A stretch of DNA of 41,632 bases from a candidate division WOR-3 bacterium (GTDB taxonomy: Bacteria; Hydrothermota; Tepidihabitantia; Tepidihabitantales; Tepidihabitantaceae): positions 1 to 41,632 of the forward strand of contig JBBISL010000017.1 of the NCBI GenBank assembly GCA_037441285.1, given 5' to 3'. A program made the position numbers and the translations under genes. Numbering within the stretch: position 1 is the stretch's first letter; the number at the start of each line of letters is the position of its first letter. Below the pieces are notes generated by a model. The model was not told the origin of the DNA. It did no database searches and saw only the letters and a list, made by a program, of their open reading frames with translations. Below, in pieces: positions 8,858-17,450 of the stretch.

Positions 8858-9493
8858 CTACTTTCCCCGCAAATTGTAGCGGACACCGATTCGCGCCGCC
8901 GCCAATCCAATGCCAGAAATCATTTCCCCCTGTGGTGCATTACGGGCAGGGATGTAGGTGAAAAACGTGAACGCATTTAATATGTGCGTCTCAAGGAAAA
9001 TATTAAGCCGCTTGTTTAAGTTATACCGAAGACCCAGACCGCTGTACATATCGTAAACCGGGGTTATCGTCATAAATTCGTTGAACCTTGGGTCAGGTGT
9101 TCCCTGCGTTCACCAGTAACCGGTAAAGGAGATACTACCCAGAAGATAAGGTGCCGATCGCCAGCGCGGCTGCGGCTCAACAAGGATATCAACCCCAGGT
9201 TGCGCCCCAATGGCAAGAGCACCACCACCGGCAGTAAAGAATTGGAGTTCGCCTAACATAAGCCGGAAATAAAGCCAGTTTAATGGCTGATAAAGAAACT
9301 CGACACCCGGACCGATGTAAGCGTCCTTGTGGGTAAATCTTAGCACCTCGCCTTGAGAATCAGATATTGCTGTAAAGACGGTAACACTACTCTTGGTAAT
9401 TCCGACACCGAGATATTCTGCTGGTCCAGCAGATGAGATAGAACTACCAGTGACCACAAAGATTACGAACAGAGGTATTAAAAGGCTCTTCAT
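8858..9493 (-). pseudogene. Small outer-membrane beta-barrel gene (~211 codons) interrupted by one in-frame TGA at 9110-9112
   Basis: ORFs 9110..9514 and 8858..9073 share a frame, and the 12 codons between them are open: FTGYW*TQGTPDPRFNEFMTITP. Signal peptide MKSLLIPLFV...; beta-strand patterns GLGLRYNL and RIGVRYNL. Confidence 0.65.
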
Positions 9494-9541
9494 TTTATCT
9501 ATAGATTCTCCCATTTATTGACTGTCATTCAACAGAAATTC

Positions 9542-10972
9542 TTATCGTCTCACCACCAGTTTTGCGGTCCTGCCGCCCGCTTCTATGAAATATGTGCCCG
9601 CGGCAATCCCGTCAAGGGAAACTTTTACCCGCTGTCCTCCCCTGCCAATTCCCTGTTCCCTTAGGTTAATCACCCGCTGCAACTTTCCTGACACATCATA
9701 GAGCCGTGCCTCCGGAGCGGGATATGGCAGTTTCAAAGTAACCGTCCCTCTTGCCGGGTTGGGTGAGATATTTAATTGTGGTGTAACACCGGTTGTAAAA
9801 AGTTCTTTAATCCCGGGTGTACCCTGATATTTAATCGTTACGATGTCGTAATCCGTGCCGTTATGTGAGGAGCCGCTGACAATAGGGTTACCATCGGTAT
9901 TCACTACCACTGGGAAAAATCTATCATCATACCCACCATCATAAAATGTTGCCCAGAGGGTATCTCCGCTTTCCGTGTATTTTACTAAAACACCATCAAT
10001 AGAATCAAGACTCATTCCCCGATTGCCAAGGATAAAGATATCCCCCATCACATCAGTTGCCACTCCGCCTGCCCAATCCCAGGGTGTGAAGTTTAGCTCT
10101 CTAGTCCAGACCGTATCGCCATCCTGGGTATATTTAACTATTGCCAGATTATAATCAAGCACATGGCTAAGATAACCCGCAACAATAATGTTGCCCGAAG
10201 AGTCAAGGGCGATGTCGCTACCTGCACCCAAACTGAATCCACTAACGGTGTCTCTTCTCGTCCAGATGGTGTCACCCAAAGAATCCAACCGTACCGTGAG
10301 CATCGGCCTAAGTGTAGTATCGGTACCGGTGACAATAAAGTCCCCTCCTGGCAATTGGGCTATGGCGTAAAAATCGGAGACCCAGTCGTACAGTTTGCCC
10401 CAGATAAAGTTTCCCGTCGCATCGTACTTCTGGATTAAACCGATGTAACGACCTCCCCCAGAATAAGTATAACAATAACCGGCAACTATGATATTATTGT
10501 CGTCATCAATAACAACGCCGGTATATGCGTCCATATCCCAGTGCCGGTACTTTCTCTCCCAAAGGAAATTACCTTCAGGAGAAAACTTTACCAATAGACA
10601 CTGTTGCTCAATCGTGTCATTACCGCAATAGCCGGCAACTATAATATTGCCATCGTGGTCTAAAGCGATGCCGTATCCCATCTCATTTTCTCCACCGTCG
10701 TAGTAGCGTGTCCAGATGGTATCACCGCTGGATGTGTACTTGATAAGCAACATATCCGAACCGGTAGCAAGGCTCCAGGAGCAACCGGTAAGTAGCAAAT
10801 TGTTATCTTGGCCCAAAACCATCCTGCCGCTATAATCATCTACTCCTGGCCCCCGGTTGAACCTTCTGAGCCACAGGATTTCCTGGCTATAAACAGGAAC
10901 CAGTCCAGTCACTCCCCATAACCACAGTAAAAACAACTTTTTGCCCGTAGTATTGGACAAACTTTTAATCAT
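9542..10972 (-). CDS. Secreted beta-propeller (SBBP-like repeats) protein with T9SS type-A-like C-terminal sorting domain
   Basis: AGGAGG RBS before ATG 10972; six repeats such as LIKYTSSGDTIW / LVKFSPEGNFLW / IVKYTQDGDTVW plus a partial seventh; C-terminus ISPNP...LYDVSGK...GTYF...KLVVRR. Confidence 0.85.
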   Translation of the reverse strand: MIKSLSNTTGKKLFLLWLWGVTGLVPVYSQEILWLRRFNRGPGVDDYSGRMVLGQDNNLLLTGCSWSLATGSDMLLIKYTSSGDTIWTRYYDGGENEMGYGIALDHDGNIIVAGYCGNDTIEQQCLLVKFSPEGNFLWERKYRHWDMDAYTGVVIDDDNNIIVAGYCYTYSGGGRYIGLIQKYDATGNFIWGKLYDWVSDFYAIAQLPGGDFIVTGTDTTLRPMLTVRLDSLGDTIWTRRDTVSGFSLGAGSDIALDSSGNIIVAGYLSHVLDYNLAIVKYTQDGDTVWTRELNFTPWDWAGGVATDVMGDIFILGNRGMSLDSIDGVLVKYTESGDTLWATFYDGGYDDRFFPVVVNTDGNPIVSGSSHNGTDYDIVTIKYQGTPGIKELFTTGVTPQLNISPNPARGTVTLKLPYPAPEARLYDVSGKLQRVINLREQGIGRGGQRVKVSLDGIAAGTYFIEAGGRTAKLVVRR

Positions 10973-11050
10973 CTTTCCTCCTTTTATTCCTGTGGGCACC
11001 CGGCACAATACCGAGTGCCCACGATTTCAATACAAATTACGAATGAGCCA

Positions 11051-11647
11051 TCACCAGTAAAGGGATGCTCGTGTGTATCTCGTCTGATTCGGGTTTCCTA
11101 TGTGGTGTCGCCCTTTTTGCACCCAGCCGTATCCCGTTGTAGCAGAATATTCGCGGTAGTATGTGAGGTTCGTGTAATAGCCACAAGTAAGGTGTTCCTT
11201 TGTAAACGCAAGAGCCACCCGAGGTGGAGGCGTATAAATGATACTAAAAGTTGAACAGGCAACAAATAATGTGCCCGGACCTTGAACAAAGTTCCTTCCT
11301 GTATGTGACCCACACACAACCCATTTGGTAGCGTTACCATTTTTATAGCCTTTTTTTATCCAGGAACTTGCGGTCCAGTCGATGAGACCATCCTTGTCAA
11401 TAACATCAGCACTCGCTTCATATTCGCTCGGAGTTTGATATCCTTTCTGATGAAGTTGGTCGGCGGTAACTGCGGTGAATTCTGCCCCTGGAGAAGAGGG
11501 CTCGTCGGTTTCAACCTCAATTATGATGGCGGCATTGTCAGTGTTGATGGTGTATTCGTAAAGATAATAGTAAACATCTGCTATTGCTATGCCCCCAAAG
11601 CACAGGCAGAGTGCAACTATTGCTAATGCGGCTTTAAAGTTTCTCAT
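11051..11647 (-). CDS. Hypothetical secreted protein (198 aa), no recognised family
   Basis: AAGGAGG RBS before ATG 11647; signal peptide MRNFKAALAIVALCLCFGGIAIA. The ORF-track extension to 11935 runs through the promoter and is probably not translated. Confidence 0.75.
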   Translation of the reverse strand: MRNFKAALAIVALCLCFGGIAIADVYYYLYEYTINTDNAAIIIEVETDEPSSPGAEFTAVTADQLHQKGYQTPSEYEASADVIDKDGLIDWTASSWIKKGYKNGNATKWVVCGSHTGRNFVQGPGTLFVACSTFSIIYTPPPRVALAFTKEHLTCGYYTNLTYYREYSATTGYGWVQKGRHHIGNPNQTRYTRASLYW

Positions 11648-11827
11648 CTTAAACCTCCTTTCTTTTTGTTCGTCCCTAATTGCCGCATTAAGTAATTTGA
11701 ACTCCAGCCCAATTCTGGACTGGAGCCGCACCCTGCCACCAATAACCTCCCCGGATTTGTTGCAAAATAGAAAATCACAAGATTGGACGAGTAGTGTAGG
11801 CTCGTCATCGCAGTTTTCCTCTATAAA

Positions 11828-11856
11828 AATATACAACAAAAAACCTGTTCTGTCAA
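11828..11856 (-). promoter_or_regulatory. sigma70-type promoter TTGACA-17-TATATT upstream of the secreted-protein cassette
   Basis: Minus strand TTGACAgaacaggttttttgttgTATATT. Confidence 0.7.
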
Positions 11857-12260
11857 GGCGCTGGCATCTTGTGTATCTTCTCACCCTATAATTTAATTTA
11901 TATACGGAAAGATAAGGAAAAGTGACGAAAACCACTCACCCAACAGTCCGGAGACAATTCCTGGGATAGTCTTATACATCCCTTTTCTCACCCATAGCGT
12001 GATAGTACGGAAGCCTGATAACGAAGTAGCCGGACTCGCACCGTTTTGCACCGCTCTTTGGCTCTGTCCTGAATTCTGTTTCCGGTTCTGCTCCCGGCGA
12101 TGTTTTCATCTCAGATGGGATGTGTAGTTGAGCTTCACCTCCCTTGAAGGAAGGGTAAAAGGAAGGGTGAATAACAGGTCTGGGATGGCTATGCGGCGGA
12201 TTAACAGCCGACTTTATGTTAGATTTAAAAGAACAGACTGGCTATCAACCCCCAAAACCG

Positions 12261-12611
12261 CTATGGTGTAGAAAACAACCTCTGGATTATCCGCTGGATT
12301 CGGGAAAAGTTGGTCAGCGAATCGGTCGGGAAAATTTGCTCCCATTCGCTAAACTGTTCAGCCGGCAGGTTTTCCAGTAACCATTCTTCGTCGTCCTCTT
12401 CCCAATCTTCGTCAAGTTCCATCGTATCACCAGCGCCAACCTGCGGCTCGACCTGGGCACGTGCTGCCGCGATAAATGCCGGTTCAGGAAACATCCTCTT
12501 TGACTCTTCCGCCGCCATCAAAATTAGCAGTAAAGCGATGCCGACAATAATCAGCAGCTGTAAATTCTCCCTCACCAATCTAATTATAGCAAAATTGTCG
12601 CCGTTTGCCAT
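12261..12611 (-). CDS. Hypothetical small membrane-anchored protein with acidic tract
   Basis: One hydrophobic segment (LLIIVGIALLLILMAA) and the tract ELDEDWEEDDEEW; start at 12611 or 12626. Confidence 0.5.
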   Translation of the reverse strand: MANGDNFAIIRLVRENLQLLIIVGIALLLILMAAEESKRMFPEPAFIAAARAQVEPQVGAGDTMELDEDWEEDDEEWLLENLPAEQFSEWEQIFPTDSLTNFSRIQRIIQRLFSTP

Positions 12612-12619
12612 TTCTTCTT

Positions 12620-12647
12620 TTGACATCGCCCCCGGTCGATTTACAAT
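12620..12647 (+). promoter_or_regulatory. sigma70-type promoter TTGACA-16-TACAAT, 8 nt upstream of the mnmG ATG (probably leaderless)
   Basis: TTGACAtcgcccccggtcgattTACAATttttcaaaATG; no Shine-Dalgarno. Confidence 0.7.
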
Positions 12648-12655
12648 TTTTCAAA

Positions 12656-14518
12656 ATGAGACCCGAGCGCTTTGATGTAATTGTCGTTGGTGGTGGCCAT
12701 GCCGGTTGTGAAGCGGCACTGGCTTGCGCCCGGATGGGCTGCAGTACCCTGCTTTTAACCCAGAACCTTGACACCATCGCCTTGATGTCCTGCAATCCGG
12801 CAGTCGGTGGCATCGGCAAGGGGCAACTGGTCAAAGAACTTGACGCTCTTGGTGGGCAGATGGCACTCATCACCGACCAGGCAGGAATCCACTTCCGGCA
12901 GTTGAACACGAGCAAAGGCAGGGCGGTGCGGTCTTCACGGGTTCAGGTTGACCGTCAGTTGTACCGGCAGTTGATGCGCGCCCAGCTGGAAAAAATCGAC
13001 CAGCTGACGATTCGGCAGGGTATGGCGGAGCGCCTTCTTACCCGGGGCAAAACAGTTTGCGGCGTTGAGACCGAAATCGGTGAGAAATTTTACAGCAAAG
13101 CGGTTATCCTCGCACCCGGCACCTTTTTATCCGGGCTCGTCCACATCGGCTTAACCCATTTTCCTGCCGGCAGATTGGGCGAAGCGCCCGCCGAACTTTT
13201 GAGTGAAAACCTCCGTCAGCTCGGGTTTCGCCTCGGTCGATTTAAAACCGGCACACCCCCGCGTATTGACATTCGTACCGTTGACCTGAAGAAGTTGCCA
13301 GAGCAACCCGGCGACGAACCGCCTCAGCCATTTTCCTTCTGGACCGCTGAGTCGCTGAAAAACCGTGCCGCCTGTTACATCACCTACACCACACCCAAAA
13401 CCCATCGCATCGTAAAGTCGGGGCTGAAGCATTCACCGCTCTATACCGGCATCATCAAAGGCAAAGGGGTCCGCTACTGTCCTTCAATCGAAGACAAGGT
13501 TGTCAAATTTCCGGAACGGGAACGCCACCACATCTTTCTTGAACCCGAAGGGGTGAACACCGTTGAATGTTATCCTAACGGCATTTCTACGAGCCTGCCG
13601 GTCGAGATTCAGGAAAAGATGCTCCACTCCATTCCCGGACTGGAAAAGTGCCGGATGATGCGGCCGGGCTATGCGATTGAACACGACTACTCAGACCCGA
13701 CTCAGTTGTATCCGACCCTCGAAACCCGCTTGATTAAAAACCTCTACTTTGCGGGCCAGATTAACGGCACCACCGGTTATGAAGAGGCTGCGGTCCAGGG
13801 ACTCATCGCCGGCATCAATGCCGCCCTGCGGGTTAAAGACAAACCGCCATTTACCATATCGCGTTCTGAAGGTTATATCGGCGTTCTGATTGACGACCTT
13901 GTAACCCGGGGCACCGATGAACCGTACCGCATGTTTACCGCCCGGGTTGAATACCGGCTCCTCTTACGGGAAGACAACGCTGACCTAAGGCTCGGGCCTA
14001 AAGGTTTTGAACTCGGCTTACTTCCGGCTGAGCGATACCGGCTCATCGAAGAAAAAACCCGCCAGTTTCATACCACCATCAACTGGCTGAAAACCGCCCG
14101 GGTCAAACCGTCACCCGAAATTAACCGGCGTCTGAAAAAACTGGGCACCAGTCCGCTTAATGAAACAACCTGCGCAATTGAACTGCTGCGCCGCCCGGAA
14201 ATCACCTACGAATACCTCCAAACAATCGTGCCCGCAGCGCCGGCAATCGCAAAATCGGTTCAGGATTTAGTCGAACTGGAGGTGAAGTATGAAGGATATA
14301 TCAACCGCACCCGGCGTCAGGTCGCCGAGTTTCAGGAAATGGAGAAGATTCGAATTCCGGCTAATATCGACTACTCTGCGGTGCCAGGACTTTCTACAGA
14401 ACTACGCGAAAAACTGGCGCGTATCCGTCCCCAATCACTGGCGCAGGCACAACTTATCCCGGGTATCACCCCGGCAGCAATCTTTGCCTTAACCGTATTT
14501 CTAAGGGGGGAAAAATGA
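12656..14518 (+). CDS. mnmG: tRNA uridine-5-carboxymethylaminomethyl(34) synthesis enzyme MnmG (GidA)
   Basis: FDVIVVGGGHAGCEAA, MSCNPAVGG, FKTGTPPR, RYCPSIEDK, AGQINGTTGYEEAA, EPYRMFT. Start taken as ATG 12656. Confidence 0.97.
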   Translation: MRPERFDVIVVGGGHAGCEAALACARMGCSTLLLTQNLDTIALMSCNPAVGGIGKGQLVKELDALGGQMALITDQAGIHFRQLNTSKGRAVRSSRVQVDRQLYRQLMRAQLEKIDQLTIRQGMAERLLTRGKTVCGVETEIGEKFYSKAVILAPGTFLSGLVHIGLTHFPAGRLGEAPAELLSENLRQLGFRLGRFKTGTPPRIDIRTVDLKKLPEQPGDEPPQPFSFWTAESLKNRAACYITYTTPKTHRIVKSGLKHSPLYTGIIKGKGVRYCPSIEDKVVKFPERERHHIFLEPEGVNTVECYPNGISTSLPVEIQEKMLHSIPGLEKCRMMRPGYAIEHDYSDPTQLYPTLETRLIKNLYFAGQINGTTGYEEAAVQGLIAGINAALRVKDKPPFTISRSEGYIGVLIDDLVTRGTDEPYRMFTARVEYRLLLREDNADLRLGPKGFELGLLPAERYRLIEEKTRQFHTTINWLKTARVKPSPEINRRLKKLGTSPLNETTCAIELLRRPEITYEYLQTIVPAAPAIAKSVQDLVELEVKYEGYINRTRRQVAEFQEMEKIRIPANIDYSAVPGLSTELREKLARIRPQSLAQAQLIPGITPAAIFALTVFLRGEK

Positions 14519-15198
14519 GTCTGATCCAACTTCGCACCGAACTGGAGTCGTTCTGTCGCAACCGGGGCGTTGTCGCCTTTGCTGTTGCGGAAACGAAAGA
14601 TATCAATACCACCGACGCCGGTTTACCGCCGGAAACATTTGCCCGTTTACCTTTTGCCATATCCCTTGCGGTCCCGCTCTCATCCGAAGTTCTTGCAACC
14701 TTAACTGACCATCCTAACATTCTTTACGAACACCACTATCGCCAGTTGAACTTTGCCCTGGACCGGATTGCTCTGGAACTGGTCTGGCGTCTGCAACAGT
14801 CTGGTTACAACGCCCTGGCCATACCCGCCTCCCAGATTGTTGACTGGGAAAATCAGCGCGCTCACCTGTCTCATAAACGGGTCGCGCTCGCTGCGGGTCT
14901 GGGTTGGCTGGGCAGAAACAACCTCCTGGTTACGCCCGAATTTGGTGCGCAGGTAAGACTGGTAACCGTTCTCACCGACCTGCCTCTTGACCCCGGTGCA
15001 CCATTGAAACAGGATTGCGGCAGCTGTCACCGCTGCGTTGAAGTCTGTCCGGCACAGGCGATAAAGGAAACTCCCGCCGAGTTTGACCACCGCGCCTGCT
15101 TTGAAAAGTTAAAGGAGTTCCAGCGCCAGCACTTTGTTCATCAGTTCATCTGCGGTCTTTGTGTCCGTGCCTGCCCCGGGCAGAACACCTATCGCTGA
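14515..15198 (+). CDS. QueG-like (epoxyqueuosine reductase family) 2x[4Fe-4S] protein
   Basis: SHKRVALAAGLGWLGRNNLLVTPEFGAQVRL; CGSCHRCVEVCP and ICGLCVRACP; ATGA overlap with mnmG. Confidence 0.8.
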   Translation: MSLIQLRTELESFCRNRGVVAFAVAETKDINTTDAGLPPETFARLPFAISLAVPLSSEVLATLTDHPNILYEHHYRQLNFALDRIALELVWRLQQSGYNALAIPASQIVDWENQRAHLSHKRVALAAGLGWLGRNNLLVTPEFGAQVRLVTVLTDLPLDPGAPLKQDCGSCHRCVEVCPAQAIKETPAEFDHRACFEKLKEFQRQHFVHQFICGLCVRACPGQNTYR

Positions 15199-17363
15199 TA
15201 ACGAAACTCTCTGCCCAGTGACACCCAGATTCGCACCCCACCCGGGTGCGGTGGCGGTTTTAGAAAATTACCCAGCCCGATAACCGCCTTTAATGGACCG
15301 AGCGGCGTGTTGGTCAGTATCCCGACGCCCGCTCCCCAGTGCAACATATCGAGCGCCTCTTTTCTTTTCAAAACCAGCGTCTCGGGCGGAGAAAATGTTG
15401 CGCCATTTGCCATAAGCTCCAGATACAGGGGATAATTACCCTGTCGGGAAAAATCAAGTAACTTAAATCGCAACCCTCCCCCCAGATACAACCTTTGCTC
15501 ACTGGTCCACTCATCCGGTGCAAAACCCACCAGTTCGGTCCTGTTGCGAAAATAACTGGCAAACCCCATATCGCCCAGAGCAAAACCCAGCCCGCCGTAA
15601 AGTCGCAATCTTAGAATAGAAAAAATCGGCACCACCTGCTCGCCGTTCCAATCAACCCTGAGATACTTCCGGCTACTTTTCAACCGCGGATAACTGTAAA
15701 ATAAATTCAAATTGTAGGCGAGGCCACGCCCCGGTAGATAGATATCATCCTGACTGTTGAACTCAAGGGTAAAAGTCGGACCAATCACCTGCTCCGGTTC
15801 TAAACTATCAACCACCACCCCGGCGTAACTAACTTTCTCGCCCTGCAATCCAAAATTAAAAAACCCGTTTCGGCCCAGGATGTAACCCGCGGTAGCAACC
15901 GCACCTATGTAGTAAACAAAATAACTGGAAGAAAATGTCCCGTCTTGCCACCAGCTACGGCTCTCTCGTCCTAAAAACCCGTCAAGGCGATAGCCAAAAG
16001 GCAGGTTAAAAACCTTTGTCCCGGTTAACCCCAGACGCAACTCGTTAGGATTACCCAGCACCCCTGCTGCCCGCGCCATCGCACCTGTCCCCCACAGGTT
16101 CCCCTCTCCCACTTCCGCTCCCACCACCACATTATCGTAACTGTCGTACCGCAAACCGAGCAGATAAAACCCGTAGGGCTTCTCGCTCAACTCAAAGGCC
16201 ACCTCAACACTGTCGCTACCTGCAAACTCCAACCGGTAATTTACATCCTCAAACAACGAACTGTTAAACAACCGCTCCAGGTCGGAAAGCAGGATGTTGA
16301 AATCAAGCCGCATACCCGTTCTGGTCCGTACTTCACGGCGCAAAAGTGACTCCCGGGTCCGTTTTACCCCTTCAAACCTTACCGCATTTACCACAGGAAC
16401 CGCCTTAACCTTAACCGCCCGCTTCATCACCACCGGAGTCCGCCCTCGCAATTTCTCTTTTATCAAAGGTAACGCCGCCCGTGCCGCGGATTCGCCCACC
16501 GCAATCAACTCTTTTGCCCGGGCAAAGTCCGAGTGTAAGAATTTGGAAACATCAGGTTCTATCACCACATCGGCAAGTTTCTTCTCCTCCTCCACCCGAC
16601 TGAACCCCATTAAATCCACACTTCTTGAAGCCACATCAATCAACGACGCCTCCTGTGCTTCGCTCCGCCGCATTGTCAATACCGCAATTACAAAATCGGG
16701 CTTAAACCCGAGCACCGGCTCAACCGGCAGATACTCCATCACACCACCATCAACCAGTTCTACCCCGTTAATCACTTCCGGTGCAAAAACACCCGGAATC
16801 GCGATACTCGCTCGAATCGCCTGCTCCAGTCGTCCCTGCCGCAAAACTACCTTCTTTCCCGCCTTCCAATCAACCGCCACCGCCCGATAAGGAATCGGCA
16901 GGCTGTCAAAATCATAGCCGGTATGGAACTCGATATCCGCCAGTAACCGATTAAGCAAAAACTCCACATTTTGCAACGGCACCAGCCCGCTGGGTAGATA
17001 GGGAACAAAATTCCGCTGCCGCAACTGGACCACATACCGTTGCGCCTGTTGCCGCTCCGGTAGATACTGGGCACCAAAACTCGGCTGCGAAGAAAAAAGC
17101 CGGTTCCAATCTGCGTTCAGGGCGATACTTTCTATTTGCGTGGCACTGTAACCCGCGGCATAAACCCCACCAACCAAAGAGCCCATACTATTCCCGGCAA
17201 TACCGACAAATCCTATCCCCTCCTCTTCTAAGACCTTCAATACCCCGATATGAGCCAGCCCCAGAGCCGCGCCACCGGAAAGCGCCAGCCCGATTCGCAC
17301 CGGCTCAGCCAAAACTACACCCGCCCACAACAACGACAAAAAAGCCCGTTTCACAACAGACAT
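15189..17363 (-). CDS. Patatin-like phospholipase with POTRA domain and Omp85-type beta-barrel (PlpD/type Vd-like)
   Basis: Signal peptide; LALSGGAALGLAHIGVL, GNSMG (GxSxG), ASIAIPGVF, VDGG; POTRA-like VRFEGVKRTRESLLRRE...RLFNSSLFEDV; C-terminal barrel with TPLGPL. Confidence 0.9.
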   Translation of the reverse strand: MSVVKRAFLSLLWAGVVLAEPVRIGLALSGGAALGLAHIGVLKVLEEEGIGFVGIAGNSMGSLVGGVYAAGYSATQIESIALNADWNRLFSSQPSFGAQYLPERQQAQRYVVQLRQRNFVPYLPSGLVPLQNVEFLLNRLLADIEFHTGYDFDSLPIPYRAVAVDWKAGKKVVLRQGRLEQAIRASIAIPGVFAPEVINGVELVDGGVMEYLPVEPVLGFKPDFVIAVLTMRRSEAQEASLIDVASRSVDLMGFSRVEEEKKLADVVIEPDVSKFLHSDFARAKELIAVGESAARAALPLIKEKLRGRTPVVMKRAVKVKAVPVVNAVRFEGVKRTRESLLRREVRTRTGMRLDFNILLSDLERLFNSSLFEDVNYRLEFAGSDSVEVAFELSEKPYGFYLLGLRYDSYDNVVVGAEVGEGNLWGTGAMARAAGVLGNPNELRLGLTGTKVFNLPFGYRLDGFLGRESRSWWQDGTFSSSYFVYYIGAVATAGYILGRNGFFNFGLQGEKVSYAGVVVDSLEPEQVIGPTFTLEFNSQDDIYLPGRGLAYNLNLFYSYPRLKSSRKYLRVDWNGEQVVPIFSILRLRLYGGLGFALGDMGFASYFRNRTELVGFAPDEWTSEQRLYLGGGLRFKLLDFSRQGNYPLYLELMANGATFSPPETLVLKRKEALDMLHWGAGVGILTNTPLGPLKAVIGLGNFLKPPPHPGGVRIWVSLGREFRYQR

Positions 17364-17418
17364 TTTATCCCCCAAAATTTTATCTGTCCAGCCCTTTTAT
17401 TCACCGTCTATCTACCCG

Positions 17419-17446
17419 TTGCAATCTTTCCCGGCTCTTTTATAAT
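17419..17446 (+). promoter_or_regulatory. rnpB promoter TTGCAA-16-TATAAT
   Basis: Hexamers at 17419-17424 and 17441-17446, immediately before the RNase P P1 stem. Confidence 0.75.
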
Positions 17447-17450
17447 TAAA

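Noticed and set aside
9110..9112. Alternative genetic code (TGA = Trp/Gly) or selenocysteine
   Set aside because: TGA ends well-defined genes here (mnmG, rpoC, rplL, secE), tRNA-Trp has a normal CCA anticodon, and the site is not a redox motif.
11648..11821. Known riboswitch (c-di-GMP, TPP, SAM, cobalamin) in the long leader
   Set aside because: Hairpins are present but none of the conserved sequence motifs I know is; kept only as an unclassified structured leader.
11648..11935. N-terminal 96 aa of the 294-aa ORF-track call
   Set aside because: It spans a clear promoter; the signal peptide and strong RBS mark ATG 11647 as the start.
11972..12109. Minus-strand 45-codon ORF MKTSPGAEPETEFRTEPKSGAKRCESGYFVIRLPYYHAMGEKRDV
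   Set aside because: No recognisable motif and the nearest GGAGG is too far upstream; cannot be supported, though not excluded.
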